In this document: positions 11,839-26,420 of the stretch, one piece after another
Layout: every line of letters starts with the position of its first letter
Position numbering within the stretch: the first letter of the stretch is position 1
Virus record (IMG/VR): IMGVR_UViG_2690315742_000007
Source of the DNA: a virus
Taxonomy: Duplodnaviria; Heunggongvirae; Uroviricota; Caudoviricetes
Strand: one strand, 5' to 3'
Length of the DNA: 46,788 nucleotides
Position numbers and translations under genes: made by a program
The notes under the pieces: model-generated
What the model saw: only the letters and a program-made list of their open reading frames with translations
Told to the model about the DNA's origin: nothing
Database searches by the model: none

Positions 11839-12479
11839 TTGTCGGTGTACCTCTCTCGTTTGCTCAGTTGTTCAGGAATATGGTGCAGCAGCTCACCGTC
11901 ACCACAGTAAATGGCGGCATGATTCGGCACCGATGAACCAAAACAGCACAGCAGCACATCGCCCGGCTGCGCCGCTGACAACGGCACCTGATACAGCCCT
12001 GTGGCCTCCAGATTATCCAGATAGAGATTCTGACCGTGACGCCACCAGTCATCCCCGCGATGAAAATCCGGCATCTCAATCCCCGCCAGATGATAAGCAT
12101 CCCGGAACAGCGTGTAACAGTCCGTCACCCCGTGCTCAAAGCGCCGCCCGGTGAGATGCGGCACACAGCGGAACTTATGAATCGCCCCCCGGCAGACCAG
12201 CCACCACGGCAAATCACTCTGCACCTGCAGCCGCCGGTCAGCCTCACTCAGCCAGGGCAGACCACCGGGGTGGCTGTGGACCAGCGCCACAATCTCACCC
12301 TGCATTTCTGCCTGCAGCCAGTCCTCCGGAGCCATCCGGAAATAATCCTCCGGCTCACCGGAAATATTCACGCCGGGAAAATATCTTTCCCCCTCCGGCG
12401 TGCTTACCACGAAGCCGCACGACTCCGCTGGCGCACATCGCCGGGCGTGCGCCAGAATCGCTGATTCTGTCTGTGTCAT
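11736..12479 (-). CDS. K: Tail assembly protein K (JAB/MPN plus NlpC/P60 peptidase-like)
   Basis: Lambda K-like sequence (HSHPGG... motif). Longest ORF is 247 aa and starts 6 nt downstream of the L stop; lambda's annotated 199-aa K would start at the internal Met (12335). Confidence 0.75.
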   Translation of the reverse strand: MTQTESAILAHARRCAPAESCGFVVSTPEGERYFPGVNISGEPEDYFRMAPEDWLQAEMQGEIVALVHSHPGGLPWLSEADRRLQVQSDLPWWLVCRGAIHKFRCVPHLTGRRFEHGVTDCYTLFRDAYHLAGIEMPDFHRGDDWWRHGQNLYLDNLEATGLYQVPLSAAQPGDVLLCCFGSSVPNHAAIYCGDGELLHHIPEQLSKRERYTDKWQRRTHSLWRHRAWRASAFTGIYNDLVAASTFV

Positions 12480-12484
12480 GGGAT

Positions 12485-13183
12485 TTACTGCGAAAGTTTG
12501 TTAATGGAAAGGAAGCCGCCAAAGTTGCCGACGTTATTGCGGAACTTACAACCGCTCAGGCATTTGCTGCATTTATCCTTCGTGATATCGGACGTTGGCT
12601 GGTCATATTCATCCGCGACTGCCGGACCGTGATAACCGCACTCATCACCGCGATAGGTCCAGGTGCAGGTGTTGGCCAGCATGATACGTCCCGGAAAAAC
12701 AGCACCGTCCGTTTCCGTCGGCGTGGACAGTACAAAAGAGGCACTCACCGCGCTCAGTTCGCTGCACTGCTCAATGCGCCAGCGGCTGATCACCTCCTGC
12801 TCCGGATCGGCGCCACTGTTTCCGTTGACGAAGTTCACCGCATCCAGAAAACGGGCGTAAACCTTACGCCGGACCACCGTTCCACCGACCAGACTCTGCA
12901 GATCTTCCGCCATCCCGGTGACCATACCGTACAGGTTAGAAACCGTCAGTGTGGGGCGCGTACTGGTGCCTTTGCCATTCAGTTCAAAACCACTCCCCTG
13001 AATGGGATACGGCTGATACTGTCGCCCCTGCCAGGTGACCGGCTCACCTTTTTCGTTCTGCTCATTACAGAAAAAATAACGTTCTCCACCGACCTCTGTC
13101 AGGTCGATTTCCCAGAGCACCACGCTGGCCGACTGCTCCGCACGGGTGCATTCATTCAGTGTTTCCTGCCGGATATCCTGCAT
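12485..13183 (-). CDS. L: Minor tail protein L
   Basis: 232 aa with a C-terminal Cys cluster (CSKCLSGCKF), as in lambda L. Confidence 0.85.
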   Translation of the reverse strand: MQDIRQETLNECTRAEQSASVVLWEIDLTEVGGERYFFCNEQNEKGEPVTWQGRQYQPYPIQGSGFELNGKGTSTRPTLTVSNLYGMVTGMAEDLQSLVGGTVVRRKVYARFLDAVNFVNGNSGADPEQEVISRWRIEQCSELSAVSASFVLSTPTETDGAVFPGRIMLANTCTWTYRGDECGYHGPAVADEYDQPTSDITKDKCSKCLSGCKFRNNVGNFGGFLSINKLSQ

Positions 13184-13512
13184 CAGTTCACCACCTGTTC
13201 AAACTCTGCGCTGAACTCAACACGCAGCATACTGACCCGCGACGACCATTTTGCGCAGGTCACCTTTATCTGCCGCCACTCATAAGGCGGCGTCCACAGA
13301 AAGGATTTCCAGCCCCCGTGCTCTTCCAGAAACGACTCCAGTACCGTGGCCTCCTCACGGGGGACAGAAAGCGTCACGCTGTACGTTTTCAGGTTGGCAT
13401 TCAGCCCGGCAGGCGCTCGCTGAGAATAGCCATCACCAAAGCGCACCTTTCTTACAGAAGGGATCGAAGCCACATCCATACCGGGTTTCACTTTCCAGCG
13501 GAAGGTCTTCAT
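13183..13512 (-). CDS. M: Minor tail protein M
   Basis: 109 aa, lambda M length and position (between H and L). Confidence 0.85.
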   Translation of the reverse strand: MKTFRWKVKPGMDVASIPSVRKVRFGDGYSQRAPAGLNANLKTYSVTLSVPREEATVLESFLEEHGGWKSFLWTPPYEWRQIKVTCAKWSSRVSMLRVEFSAEFEQVVN

Positions 13513-16070
13513 CGTCCACCTCCGGAGAACAGGCCACCATCACGCATCTGTGTCTGAATTTCATCACGGGCACCCTTGCGGGCCATGTCATACACCGCCT
13601 TCAGAGCAGCCGGACCTATCTGCCCGTTCGTGCCGTCGTTGTTAATCACCACATGGTTATTCTGCTCAAACGTCCCGGACGCCTGCGACCGGCTGTCTGC
13701 CATGCTGCCCGGTGTACCGACATAACCGCCGGTGGCATAGCCGCGCATCAGCCGGTAAAGATTCCCCACGCCAATCCGGCTGGTTGCCTCCTTCGTGAAG
13801 ACAAACTCACCACGGTGAACAATCCCCGCTGGCTCATATTTGCCGCCGGTTCCCGTAAATCCTCCGGTTGCAAAATGGAATTTCGCCGCAGCGGCCTGAA
13901 TGGCTGTACCGCCTGACGCGGATGCGCCGCCACCAACAGCCCCGCCAATGGCGCTGCCGATACTCCCGACAATCCCCACCATTGCCTGCTTAAGCAGAAT
14001 TTCTGTCATCATGGACAGCACGGAACGGGTGAAGCTGCGCCAGTTCTGCTCACTGCCGGTCAGCATCGCCGCCATATTCTGTGCAATACCATCAAAGGTC
14101 TGCGTGGCTGCACTTTTTACCTGCGACATACTGTCCGTGGCGCTCTCTTCCCACTCACTCCAGCCGGACTTCAGGCCTGCCATCCAGTTCCCGCGAAGCT
14201 GGTCTTCAGCCGCCCAGGTCTTTTTCTGCTCTGACATGACGTTATTCAGCGCCAGCGGATTATCGCCATACTGTTCCTTCAGGCGCTGTTCCGTGGCTTC
14301 CCGTTCTGCCTGCCGGTCAGTCAGCCCCCGGCTTTTCGCATCAATGGCGGCCCGTTTTGCCCGTTGCTGCTGTGCGAATTTATCCGCCTGCTGCGCCAGC
14401 GCGTTCAGGCGCTCCTGATACGTAACCTTGTCGCCAAGTGCAGCCAGCTGGCGTTTGTACTCCAGCGTCTCATCTTTATGCGCCAGCAGGGATTTCTCCT
14501 GTGCAGACAGCTGGCGACGTTGCGCCGCCTCCTCCAGTACCGCGAACTGACTCTCCGCCTTCCACAAATCCCGGCGCTGCTGGCTGATTTTCTCATTTGC
14601 TCCGGCATGCTTCTCCAGCGTCCGGAGTTCTGCCTGAAGCGTCAGCAGGGCAGCATGAGCACTGTCTTCCTGACGATCGCCCGCAGACACCTTCACGCCG
14701 GACTGTTTCGGCTTTTTCAGCGTCGCTTCATAATCCTTTTTCGCCGCCGCCATCAGCGTGTTGTAATCCGCCTGCAGGATTTTCCCGTCTTTCAGTGCCT
14801 TGTTCAGTTCTTCCTGACGGGCGGTATATTTCTCCAGCGGCGTCTGCAGCCGTTCGTAAGCCTTCTGCGCCTCTTCGGTATATTTCAGCCGTGACGCTTC
14901 GGTATCGCTCTGCTGCTGCGCATTTTTGTCCTGTTGAGTCTGCTGCTCAGCCTTCTTTCGGGCGGCTTCAAGCGCAAGACGGGCCTTTTCACGATCATCC
15001 CAGTAACGCGCCCGCGCTTCATCGTTAACAAAATAATCATCCTTGCGCAGATTCCAGATGTCGTCTGCTTTCTTAAACGCAGCCTCTGCCTTAATCAGCA
15101 TCTCCTGCGCGGTATCAGGACGACCAATATCCAGCACCGCATCCCACATGGATTTGAATGCCCGTGCTGTCCTGTCTGCCCAGGTCTCCAGCGTGCCCAT
15201 GTTCTCTTTCAGGCGGCGGGTCTGGTCATCAAACCCTTTCGTTGCGGCCTCGTTCGCCGCCTGCAATGCCCCGGCTTCATCGCCGGAACGCTGCAACTGA
15301 GCAACATACGCAATCTGCTCCGCCGTCACGTTATGGAACTGGCGTGCCATCGCCGTCAGCCCCGACGTCGGGTCTGTGGTCAGCTTCCCGAAGGCTTCAG
15401 CGACCTTGTCCACCTCCACGCCGGATGCAGAGGAGAAACGCGCCACACTCTGGCTGATGGACGCAATCTGAGCCTCACCGCTTACCCCCGCCTTAACCAG
15501 TGCGCTGAGTGACTCGCTGGTCTGGTTAAACGTCAGCCCTGCCGCCTGCCCGGCTCTGGACAGGGCCAGAATACGATCTGCCGTCAGTCCCGCCTGATTG
15601 CCGGAAAGGACCAGCGTTTTGTTGAAATCGGACAGGGTTGAGTTGCCCTGATACCAGGCATACGCCAGCGCACCGGTCGCCACCGCCAGCGAGGTGGCCC
15701 CCACCATCGGCAGGGTGATCGCACCGGCAAGCCCCCTGAACATGGGGATCATCCCGCCGAAGGAGTCCTTAACCTGACCACCCTGTTGCAGCAGGATCAG
15801 CCACGGACTTTGCCCGCCTGCAAGCTGCGTGGCCACGTCGGTGAACTGTGCAGGCAGCATACGCATGGCGGCTTTATACTGCCCGACGGAAATCCCCGCT
15901 TTCTGTGCAGCCAGCGCCTGTCGGCTCAGCGACTGTTCAACGACTGCCGCTGTTTTTTTCGCATCAGTTTCCGTACCGGAAAAATGACGCCTGACTCTGG
16001 CCATCTGCTCGTCAAATCTGGCCGCATCCAGACTTAAATCAACGACCAGATCGCCTACCGGTTCAGCCAT
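13509..16070 (-). CDS. H: Tail tape measure protein H
   Basis: 853 aa, identical in length to lambda H; coiled-coil-rich central region and Gly-rich C-terminal part. Confidence 0.9.
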   Translation of the reverse strand: MAEPVGDLVVDLSLDAARFDEQMARVRRHFSGTETDAKKTAAVVEQSLSRQALAAQKAGISVGQYKAAMRMLPAQFTDVATQLAGGQSPWLILLQQGGQVKDSFGGMIPMFRGLAGAITLPMVGATSLAVATGALAYAWYQGNSTLSDFNKTLVLSGNQAGLTADRILALSRAGQAAGLTFNQTSESLSALVKAGVSGEAQIASISQSVARFSSASGVEVDKVAEAFGKLTTDPTSGLTAMARQFHNVTAEQIAYVAQLQRSGDEAGALQAANEAATKGFDDQTRRLKENMGTLETWADRTARAFKSMWDAVLDIGRPDTAQEMLIKAEAAFKKADDIWNLRKDDYFVNDEARARYWDDREKARLALEAARKKAEQQTQQDKNAQQQSDTEASRLKYTEEAQKAYERLQTPLEKYTARQEELNKALKDGKILQADYNTLMAAAKKDYEATLKKPKQSGVKVSAGDRQEDSAHAALLTLQAELRTLEKHAGANEKISQQRRDLWKAESQFAVLEEAAQRRQLSAQEKSLLAHKDETLEYKRQLAALGDKVTYQERLNALAQQADKFAQQQRAKRAAIDAKSRGLTDRQAEREATEQRLKEQYGDNPLALNNVMSEQKKTWAAEDQLRGNWMAGLKSGWSEWEESATDSMSQVKSAATQTFDGIAQNMAAMLTGSEQNWRSFTRSVLSMMTEILLKQAMVGIVGSIGSAIGGAVGGGASASGGTAIQAAAAKFHFATGGFTGTGGKYEPAGIVHRGEFVFTKEATSRIGVGNLYRLMRGYATGGYVGTPGSMADSRSQASGTFEQNNHVVINNDGTNGQIGPAALKAVYDMARKGARDEIQTQMRDGGLFSGGGR

Positions 16071-16901
16071 ACCGGACTCCTCCTGCGATCCCTTCTGATA
16101 CTGTCATCAGCATTACGTCATCCTCCGTCATGTCCGCCACATCCGGGGAAGCGGGGATAACTTCATTCCCGTCCGGGCCAAAACGAACGCCTCCGGCAAG
16201 CCCTGCCGCTTTCTGCATCAGCACATCATCTTCAGGCTCTTCGTCAGCCTCGCGCCGGTTCAGCAGACTGAAATCCAGCGGATGCATATCCGGATCGCTG
16301 AAAAACAGGCTGAGCACGGTGTACGTCAGCCCGGAAAAGTGCATATCCAGCAGAACATCATGAAAATAATGGGTACTGTAAAAGCGGTGCCAGTCGGCAT
16401 ACTCCGTGGATGACATCCCGGCAAGCATGGCACGCCAGTCGGGTCGCCCCATCTCGCGCGCCAGTTTCAGGGCAAAACTCAGCTCACCGTCGAACACTTT
16501 CCCGCAGAAACAGGCTCTGCAGGCCCGGCGTCCTCTGCCTGTTCAGGGGCATCATTCACCACAAACTCATACATACCAGACAGCCGGTACACCACGTTTT
16601 CAGCATGAGAAATTGCCTCCGTGGGCCAGGTGGTAAGCACTTCCTGCTCAATCTGTTTAACGGCTTCATTCATGGACGGCATCTGCGTCTTCTGCGGATG
16701 GTTATGCCACAGGGACATCGCCACCAGAAACGCGCCGGTTCTGATGGCGTCTTCCACAGTAAACTTCCGGTTGCTGTCTGACTCCGCCTGTTCTGCCTGC
16801 CGTTTCATCAGGGCGAGATGCTCAATGCGCTGCAGGGCTGACAGTTCAGAAAGCGTGACGGTCACACCGTTATGTTCAAATGATTCGGTTTTCAGGAACA
16901 T
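16063..16901 (-). CDS. T: Tail assembly chaperone G-T fusion, made by programmed -1 ribosomal frameshift
   Basis: The T-frame ORF (16063..16497) overlaps the 3' end of G; the slippery heptamer GGGAAAG lies on the minus strand at 16497..16503, exactly where lambda shifts. Confidence 0.7.
16479..16901 (-). CDS. G: Tail assembly chaperone G
   Basis: 140 aa; recognisable lambda G (MFLKTESFEHNGVTVTLSELSALQRIEHLALMKRQAEQ...). Confidence 0.85.
   Translation of the reverse strand: MFLKTESFEHNGVTVTLSELSALQRIEHLALMKRQAEQAESDSNRKFTVEDAIRTGAFLVAMSLWHNHPQKTQMPSMNEAVKQIEQEVLTTWPTEAISHAENVVYRLSGMYEFVVNDAPEQAEDAGPAEPVSAGKCSTVS
16497..16503 (-). promoter_or_regulatory. Programmed -1 frameshift slippery site (G GGA AAG) for G-T
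   Basis: Plus strand reads ctttccc, i.e. GGGAAAG on the minus strand, in the G reading frame just before the G stop. Confidence 0.75.
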
Positions 16902-16916
16902 CGCTGACTCTCCGGA

Positions 16917-17657
16917 TTAACTGGCGGTGACGGTAATTTCTGCAACCGCAGCAAACTCACCATTACCGGATACAACCGGAATGTTGACCTTGCCTGCAGC
17001 AACGCCGTTCACGGTGATGGTCATACCACTGACCGACACGGTGGCTTTTGTTTTATCCGCAGACACCGCACGAAAGCTCTTGTCGGTTACGCCCTCCGGC
17101 TGGAAGGCCACGGTCAGCGTGGTGCTCTGCCCTTTCACCACCGAGGTGCTGGCAGGCGTCACGGTCATGCCGGTTGCCGCTGTTACCGTGCTGCGATCTT
17201 CTGCCATCGACGGACGTCCCACATTGGTGACTTTCACCGTGCGGGTGATCACTTCCTTCGCCGTCACCGCCTTACCGATACTGCTGACCCAGCCACGGAA
17301 CACATCGACCGTGCCGTTCGGGAAGCGGATTTTATAGGCACGGGTATCGCCTTCATTAAACCACGCCAGCAGCGCCTGCTGCCCCTGCTCTCCGGGCATC
17401 CACGCCAGCGTGAAGCTGGTATCTCCGGCAGATTTCTGCCCCTGCCCGGTCGCAGTCCAGTCTGCATCTTCATCATCGAGATAGCTGTCGTCATAGGACT
17501 CAGCGGTCAGTTCGCCGGGCGTCAGGTCTTTAACTTTTGCCAGACGCGACCAGTCAACGTCTGAAAGCGGATTCGCATAAGGGTCACCGCTCCCCTTATA
17601 AACCCACAGGGTGGTCCCGGCACCTTTCACCGGCATTGTAGGATTTGGTACAGGCAT
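16917..17657 (-). CDS. V: Major tail protein V, with C-terminal Ig-like domain
   Basis: Start at internal Met giving [20 protein letters not shown]..., 246 aa as in lambda V. Confidence 0.9.
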
Positions 17658-17664
17658 AGCGTCC

Positions 17665-18060
17665 TCACATTTCATAGGTAATGACATAAGTCAGATCGGC
17701 TGAACTCCACAGGCCCGCATCATCGTCGCGCCGGTAGTCATAGCCGCTGGCCACCATACTGGTGATCAAATCTGACAGTGCCGGGATATCGCTCATCACC
17801 GGATAAATCCGGGACTCCATCCACGCATCCAGCTCTGAATCCGGCACCTGAGCAGGCAGGAAAACTTCGATATGCAGCTCCGCCTGCCAGGTATCGCTGT
17901 CCAGCTCTTCGCCCGTGTATTCAGCGCCGGTGAGATAAACGGCAACTGCCGGAAAATCCGCCTCATCAAAAACAGCGGGGCGACCATCAAAAAACGTCGC
18001 CCCGGTGTCATGCTTCTCCAGTGCATCCAGTACGGCTGCACGGAGTTCAGTATGTTTCAT
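17665..18060 (-). CDS. U: Tail terminator protein U
   Basis: 131 aa, lambda U length and sequence character. Confidence 0.85.
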
Positions 18061-18634
18061 CGCTTTATTACCATCCTCAGTTGATGCTGCAGCGCATAGC
18101 CCAGCTCTTTCGGAAGACGTTCACGCCGTATCCGCTCAATATTTTGTTTAAACGCCGTGGTCAGCGGCACCGCCATCGGGATTTTCACCACATCAATGGG
18201 GTAACGGTTTTTCCCGGCCACACGCTGCATGACATGCCACCGGCCATTTTTCAGTTGCTGAATAAACGCGCCGGGAATACGACGGTTACCCACCACAAGC
18301 ACGCTGCCGCCACCTTTCAGGGATGAACGCTGCCCCTTTTTACGACGCCTGCGGCGCGAAAGGACAACCCGCGCATTACCCAGCTTGATTACGGGCAAAT
18401 CCCCCGGTTAACTTTGATTCTGGCCTGCGGATTTTTGACCGTGGCCCTTTTCAGCCTGGCCCTTTCCTTTACCAGTTTCCGGCGTACCTTTGTCTCACGG
18501 GCAACTTGTGACGCCGACTGCGATATCGCGGATGAAGCAACGCGGTTAATGGCCATTGCGGCGGCACCAGGCACCGCCGTTTTGCTGATACGGCTGAGGT
18601 TTTCAACGGCCTGCTCAAGACCTTTTATGGCCAT
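18057..18634 (-). pseudogene. Z: Tail completion protein Z, split by a -1 frameshift in a G/C homopolymer
   Basis: Track ORFs 18389..18634 (MAIKGLEQ...KVNRG) and 18057..18398 (PVIKLGNARVV...) together cover a lambda-like Z but are out of frame. The join is a C5 run at 18401..18405 where lambda, as I recall, has six. Confidence 0.7.
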
Positions 18635-18645
18635 ACATCCCCCTT

Positions 18646-18999
18646 TCAGCGGCGACGGTTAACGGCAGGCGGTACGCCCCGTCCAAGCCAGAGATGACAA
18701 CTTCCGCCATCATCCGGCGAAACCCGATCTACCCAGAAATTTTCCTCACCGATGGTCAGCGTGTCTCCACGCCGCAGCTGCCGCACCTCATCAGTCCGGA
18801 CAAACAGGGACGGGCTGGAGCCTTCAACGCGCACGCCCTGTCCGGCATAGCTGATATTTTCAGGGTCATCAAAAACACCACGTATCACCGCACCTGACTG
18901 CTCACCGGATGTCATGGTGGCTGACGTTCCCATGTACCCGCGTATCGTTTCATCGGCGCGGGCAATGGCAGCATCGAACAGGTTATCGAAATCAGCCAC
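18646..18999 (-). CDS. FII: Head-tail joining protein FII
   Basis: 117 aa, lambda FII length and position. Confidence 0.85.
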   Translation of the reverse strand: MADFDNLFDAAIARADETIRGYMGTSATMTSGEQSGAVIRGVFDDPENISYAGQGVRVEGSSPSLFVRTDEVRQLRRGDTLTIGEENFWVDRVSPDDGGSCHLWLGRGVPPAVNRRR

Positions 19000-19010
19000 A
19001 GCGCCTCCCG

Positions 19011-19409
19011 TTATTGCATTCTGGCCAGGCCGCGCTCTGTCATTTCGGCTGCCACACCGGCAGAGACACGAAACGCCGTTCCCGGCAGCACAAATGCCAC
19101 AGGTTCATCCCGCGTGGCGTGAAGTGCATCAGTATGCAGCTTCACCAGTGCCACGACCGTGACCAGTTCAGACGTATCCAGAATCACGGTATCCGGCTGC
19201 GCTGATCCCACCTCATTTTCATGTCCGGTCAGCACATTTTCCCGGCTGAGAGGGGTGTCCTGACCGGCAGTTTCATCCGTGTCATCAAGCTCCTCTTCCA
19301 GCTCTGCCACACGGAGCGCCAGTTCTTCTTTCGTCCCCGTCAGGCTGACATCACGGTTCAGTTGTTCACCCAGCGAGCGGAGACGGGCAATCAGTTCATC
19401 TTTCGTCAT
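19011..19409 (-). CDS. FI: DNA packaging protein FI
   Basis: Internal start giving MTKDELIARLRSLGEQLNRDV..., about 132 aa as in lambda FI. Confidence 0.8.
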   Translation of the reverse strand: MTKDELIARLRSLGEQLNRDVSLTGTKEELALRVAELEEELDDTDETAGQDTPLSRENVLTGHENEVGSAQPDTVILDTSELVTVVALVKLHTDALHATRDEPVAFVLPGTAFRVSAGVAAEMTERGLARMQ

Positions 19410-19450
19410 GGACTCCTCCACAGAGAAACAATGGCCCCGAAGGGCCATGA

Positions 19451-20476
19451 TTACGCCAGTTGTACGGACACGAACTCATCAGGGTCAGCCAGCAGCATCA
19501 GCGGTGCTGACTGAATCATGGTGAACTCACGCGCCGGATCGCCGGTGGTCACCCAGTTTTTCGGGTAACGGGCAGAGGCGTTAATGCCTTCGCGCTGTGC
19601 GTCCGCATCCTGAATGCAGCCATAGGTGCGCAGACCGCGTGCCTGAGTGTTCCCCAGCACCATCGTGTTGTCCGGCAGGAAGTTCTTTTTGACGCCGTTT
19701 TCCACGTACTGTCCGGAATACACGACGATGGCCACATCGCCATACATCCCCTTATAGGACACCGCTTTGCCCAGGTCTTTCACCGCTGTCTCCAGCTCGG
19801 AATTAGAGCCACGACGGGTATCCAGCTTCTCCTTGACGGCTTTGAAGGAACGGAACAGCGCCCAGCCTTTCGGATCGAACACGATGATATTCACCACACC
19901 GCTGGCGTTCAGCGCGTAGGCTTCGATATCGTCGGTCGGGTCATACGTGGACTTGTCACGCTTGCTCCACTCCGTGCCGCCGGACTGCGTGATGTTATTC
20001 TCCTCACTGCGGCCCATATCCACCTCAACCGGATCGAAGGCTTCACCGGTCATGGTGTATTTGCCCTTAAGCACGGCAGAAACTGCCTGCATCTCTTCGA
20101 CCTGAGCAATGGCCAGCTCTTCGTCACGCATGTTCTGCATGATGATGCGACGGCGGCGGTAAGCCGGGTCCGCCAGATTCTGCGGATCTTCATCCGGCAG
20201 GCGACGCAGGGTCATCTGCGGATTCACTTCATGCTTCGGCTTGACATATCCCGGCGTAAATTCAGAGGTGGAGCCGCCACGGGAACGGATAACCTCACCG
20301 GAAACAATCGGCGAAACGTACAGCGCCATGTTTACCAGTCCCGGAATTTGTGAGAGATAGACTTTCTCCGTGGTGAAGGGATAGCTCTCACGGAAAAAGA
20401 GACGCAGAAACAGCGGATCAAACTTAAATTTCTGCTCATTTGCCGCCAGCAGTTGGGCGGTTGTGTACATCGACAT
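19451..20476 (-). CDS. E: Major capsid protein E
   Basis: Start at internal Met giving MSMYTTAQLLAANEQKFKFDPLFLRLFF..., 341 aa as in lambda E. Confidence 0.9.
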   Translation of the reverse strand: MSMYTTAQLLAANEQKFKFDPLFLRLFFRESYPFTTEKVYLSQIPGLVNMALYVSPIVSGEVIRSRGGSTSEFTPGYVKPKHEVNPQMTLRRLPDEDPQNLADPAYRRRRIIMQNMRDEELAIAQVEEMQAVSAVLKGKYTMTGEAFDPVEVDMGRSEENNITQSGGTEWSKRDKSTYDPTDDIEAYALNASGVVNIIVFDPKGWALFRSFKAVKEKLDTRRGSNSELETAVKDLGKAVSYKGMYGDVAIVVYSGQYVENGVKKNFLPDNTMVLGNTQARGLRTYGCIQDADAQREGINASARYPKNWVTTGDPAREFTMIQSAPLMLLADPDEFVSVQLA

Positions 20477-20531
20477 AAAAAAATCCCGTAAAAAAAGCCG
20501 CACAGGCGGCCTTTAGTGATGAAGGGTAAAG

Positions 20532-20864
20532 TTAAACGATGCTGATTGCCGTTCCGGCAAACGCGGTCCGTTTTTTCGTCTCGTCGCTGGCAGCCTCCGG
20601 CCAGAGCACATCCTCATAACGGAACGTGCCGGACTTGTAGAACGTCAGCGTGGTGCTGGTCTGGTCAGCAGCAACCGCAAGAATGCCAACGGCAGCACCG
20701 TCGGTGGTGCCATCCCACGCAACCAGCTTACGGCTGGAGGTGTCCAGCATCAGCGGGGTCATTGCAGGCGCTTTCGCACTCAATCCGCCGGGCGCGGTTG
20801 CGGTATGAGCCGGGTCACTGTTGCCCAGCGGCTGGTAATGGGTAAAGGTTTCTTTGCTCGTCAT
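20532..20864 (-). CDS. D: Head decoration protein D
   Basis: [12 protein letters not shown]... 110 aa, lambda gpD-like. Confidence 0.9.
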   Translation of the reverse strand: MTSKETFTHYQPLGNSDPAHTATAPGGLSAKAPAMTPLMLDTSSRKLVAWDGTTDGAAVGILAVAADQTSTTLTFYKSGTFRYEDVLWPEAASDETKKRTAFAGTAISIV

Positions 20865-20873
20865 AAACATCCC

Positions 20874-21479
20874 TTACACTGGTGTGTTCAGCAAATCGTT
20901 AACGGCATCAGATGCCGGGTTACCTGCAGCCAGCGGTGCCGGTGCCCCCTGCATCAGACGATCCAGCGCAGTGTCACTGCGCGCCTGTGCACTCTGTGGT
21001 GCTGCGGCCAGAATGCGGCGGGCCGTTTCCACGGTCATACCGGGGGTTTCTGCCAGCACGCGTGCCTGTTCTTCGCGTCCGTGAGCCTCCTCACAGTTGA
21101 GGATCCCCATAATGCGGCTGTTTTCTGCCGCAACCGCTGCGGTGATCTGCGCGTTCACGTCCGGCTGCGCCGCGCTGGCGTTTTCGCCCTCCGTCGCTGG
21201 CACCACGTCAGTAACGTCAGCCTGCGAAGCAGTGGCTGAAACAGTTGTTGATTGAGTCTCTTTGGTCATTCGCCCTCCTGAGAGACGGGATTTACGTGCA
21301 TCCAGTGCATCACGCATGACGGTGATCGCATCGGTGCTGTTAACAAGTTCATCAGCCAGTCCGGCATCAATGGCCTCCTGACCGCTGTACACTGCAGCCT
21401 CGGTATCCAGCACAGCCTGCACGGACAGGCCGGTATATGCCGACACCTTCTGCGCAAACATCTGGCGGGTTGCGTCCAT
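20874..21479 (-). CDS. nu3: Scaffolding protein Nu3, nested in frame in the 3' part of C
   Basis: Internal in-frame ATG 201 codons from the C stop (MDATRQMFAQKVSAY...), matching the lambda C/Nu3 nested arrangement. Confidence 0.5.
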   Translation of the reverse strand: MDATRQMFAQKVSAYTGLSVQAVLDTEAAVYSGQEAIDAGLADELVNSTDAITVMRDALDARKSRLSGGRMTKETQSTTVSATASQADVTDVVPATEGENASAAQPDVNAQITAAVAAENSRIMGILNCEEAHGREEQARVLAETPGMTVETARRILAAAPQSAQARSDTALDRLMQGAPAPLAAGNPASDAVNDLLNTPV

Positions 21480-22173
21480 CCGGGACTGCAGTGTCTCCCG
21501 GACGTCATCCGGAAGATGGCTGTAGGGGTTGCCATCCACCTTATGGCTGCCGCTGTAAATCAGAGTGATTTCCACACCCTGTTTCTCCAGCGCAGCACCG
21601 TAATTACTGTGAGCCATCATGACGCCGATGGAGCCTGTCCGGGCGGTCTGCGTGACCAGACGCCGGGAGGCGGCACTGGCAAGCAGCTGACCTGCACTGC
21701 AGTTCATGTCGTTGGCCAGCGCCCATACCGGTTTTATGTCACGCACACGGGCGATGATGTCAGCGCAGTCAAATGCCCCCGCCACCATCCCGCCGGGCGT
21801 GTCCATATCGAGCAGAATGCCGTCCACCATCGGATCGCTGGCAGCCTGTTGCAGACGGGCGATAATGCCGTTGTAACCGGTCATCCCCGAGTACGGCTGC
21901 AGCGCCCGCGTCCGGCTGACCAGCGTGCCGGACACCGGCAGCACGGCGATGCCGTTCATGACCTGATAACTGCGGGCCTGTCGTGGTCCGTCATCATCAC
22001 CGGATAATGCCAGCGTCGCGAGTGCCTCCTGGGCAGTCAGGCTGTCGCCGGACACCGCATCCGTCAGGCGGCTGATCCCAAGCTGGCCTGCAAGCGCACA
22101 AAAGAAAACCCGCGCATAGGCGGGTTCAAGCATCAGCGGCTCATTAAAAGCCATGCTGGCAATATGCGGGAGA

Positions 22174-22193
<20 letters not shown>
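20874..22193 (-). CDS. C: Head maturation protease C (ClpP/SppA-like)
   Basis: Lambda C-like sequence (TAELRNLPHIASMAFNEPLML...). Start assigned to an in-frame GTG that overlaps the end of B as in lambda; the longest ORF extends to 22328. Confidence 0.8.
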
Positions 22194-25874
<3,681 letters not shown>

Positions 25875-25900
<26 letters not shown>

Positions 25901-26420
25901 TCAGCAACCCCGGTATCAGTTCATCCAGCGCGGCTGCTTTGTTCATGGCTTTGATGATATCCCGTTTCAGGAAATCAACATGTCGGTTTTCCAGTTCCGG
26001 AAAACGCCGCTGCACCGACAGGGGGATCCCGTCGAGAATACTGGCAATTTCACCTGCGATCCGCGACAGCACGAAAGTACAGAATGCGGTTTCCACCACT
26101 TCAGCGGAGTCTCTGGCATTTTTCAGCTCCTGTGCGTCGGCCTGCGCACGCGTAAGTCGATGGCGTTCGTACTCAATAGTCCCTGGCTGGAGATCTGTCT
26201 CGCTGGCCTGCCGCAGTTCTTCAACTTCCCGGCGCAGCTTTTCGTTCTCAATTTCAGCATCCCTTTCGGCATACCATCTTATAACGGCGGCAGAGTCATA
26301 AAGCACCTCATTACCCTTGCCACCGCCTCGCAGAACGGGCATTCCCTGTTCCTGCCAGTTCTGAATGGTACGGATACTCGCACCGAAAATGTCAGCCAGC
26401 TGCTTTTTGTTGACTTCCAT
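25875..26420 (-). CDS. nu1: Terminase small subunit Nu1 (the gene that survives as truncated nohA in K-12 Qin)
   Basis: 181 aa, MEVNKKQLADIFGASIRTIQNWQEQGMPV... winged-HTH; overlaps the start of A as in lambda. Confidence 0.9.

Noticed and set aside
16063-16497. T-frame ORF listed as an independent 144-aa protein
   Set aside because: No independent start is expected; it overlaps the end of G and sits behind the GGGAAAG slippery site, so it is the frameshift extension of G (G-T fusion).
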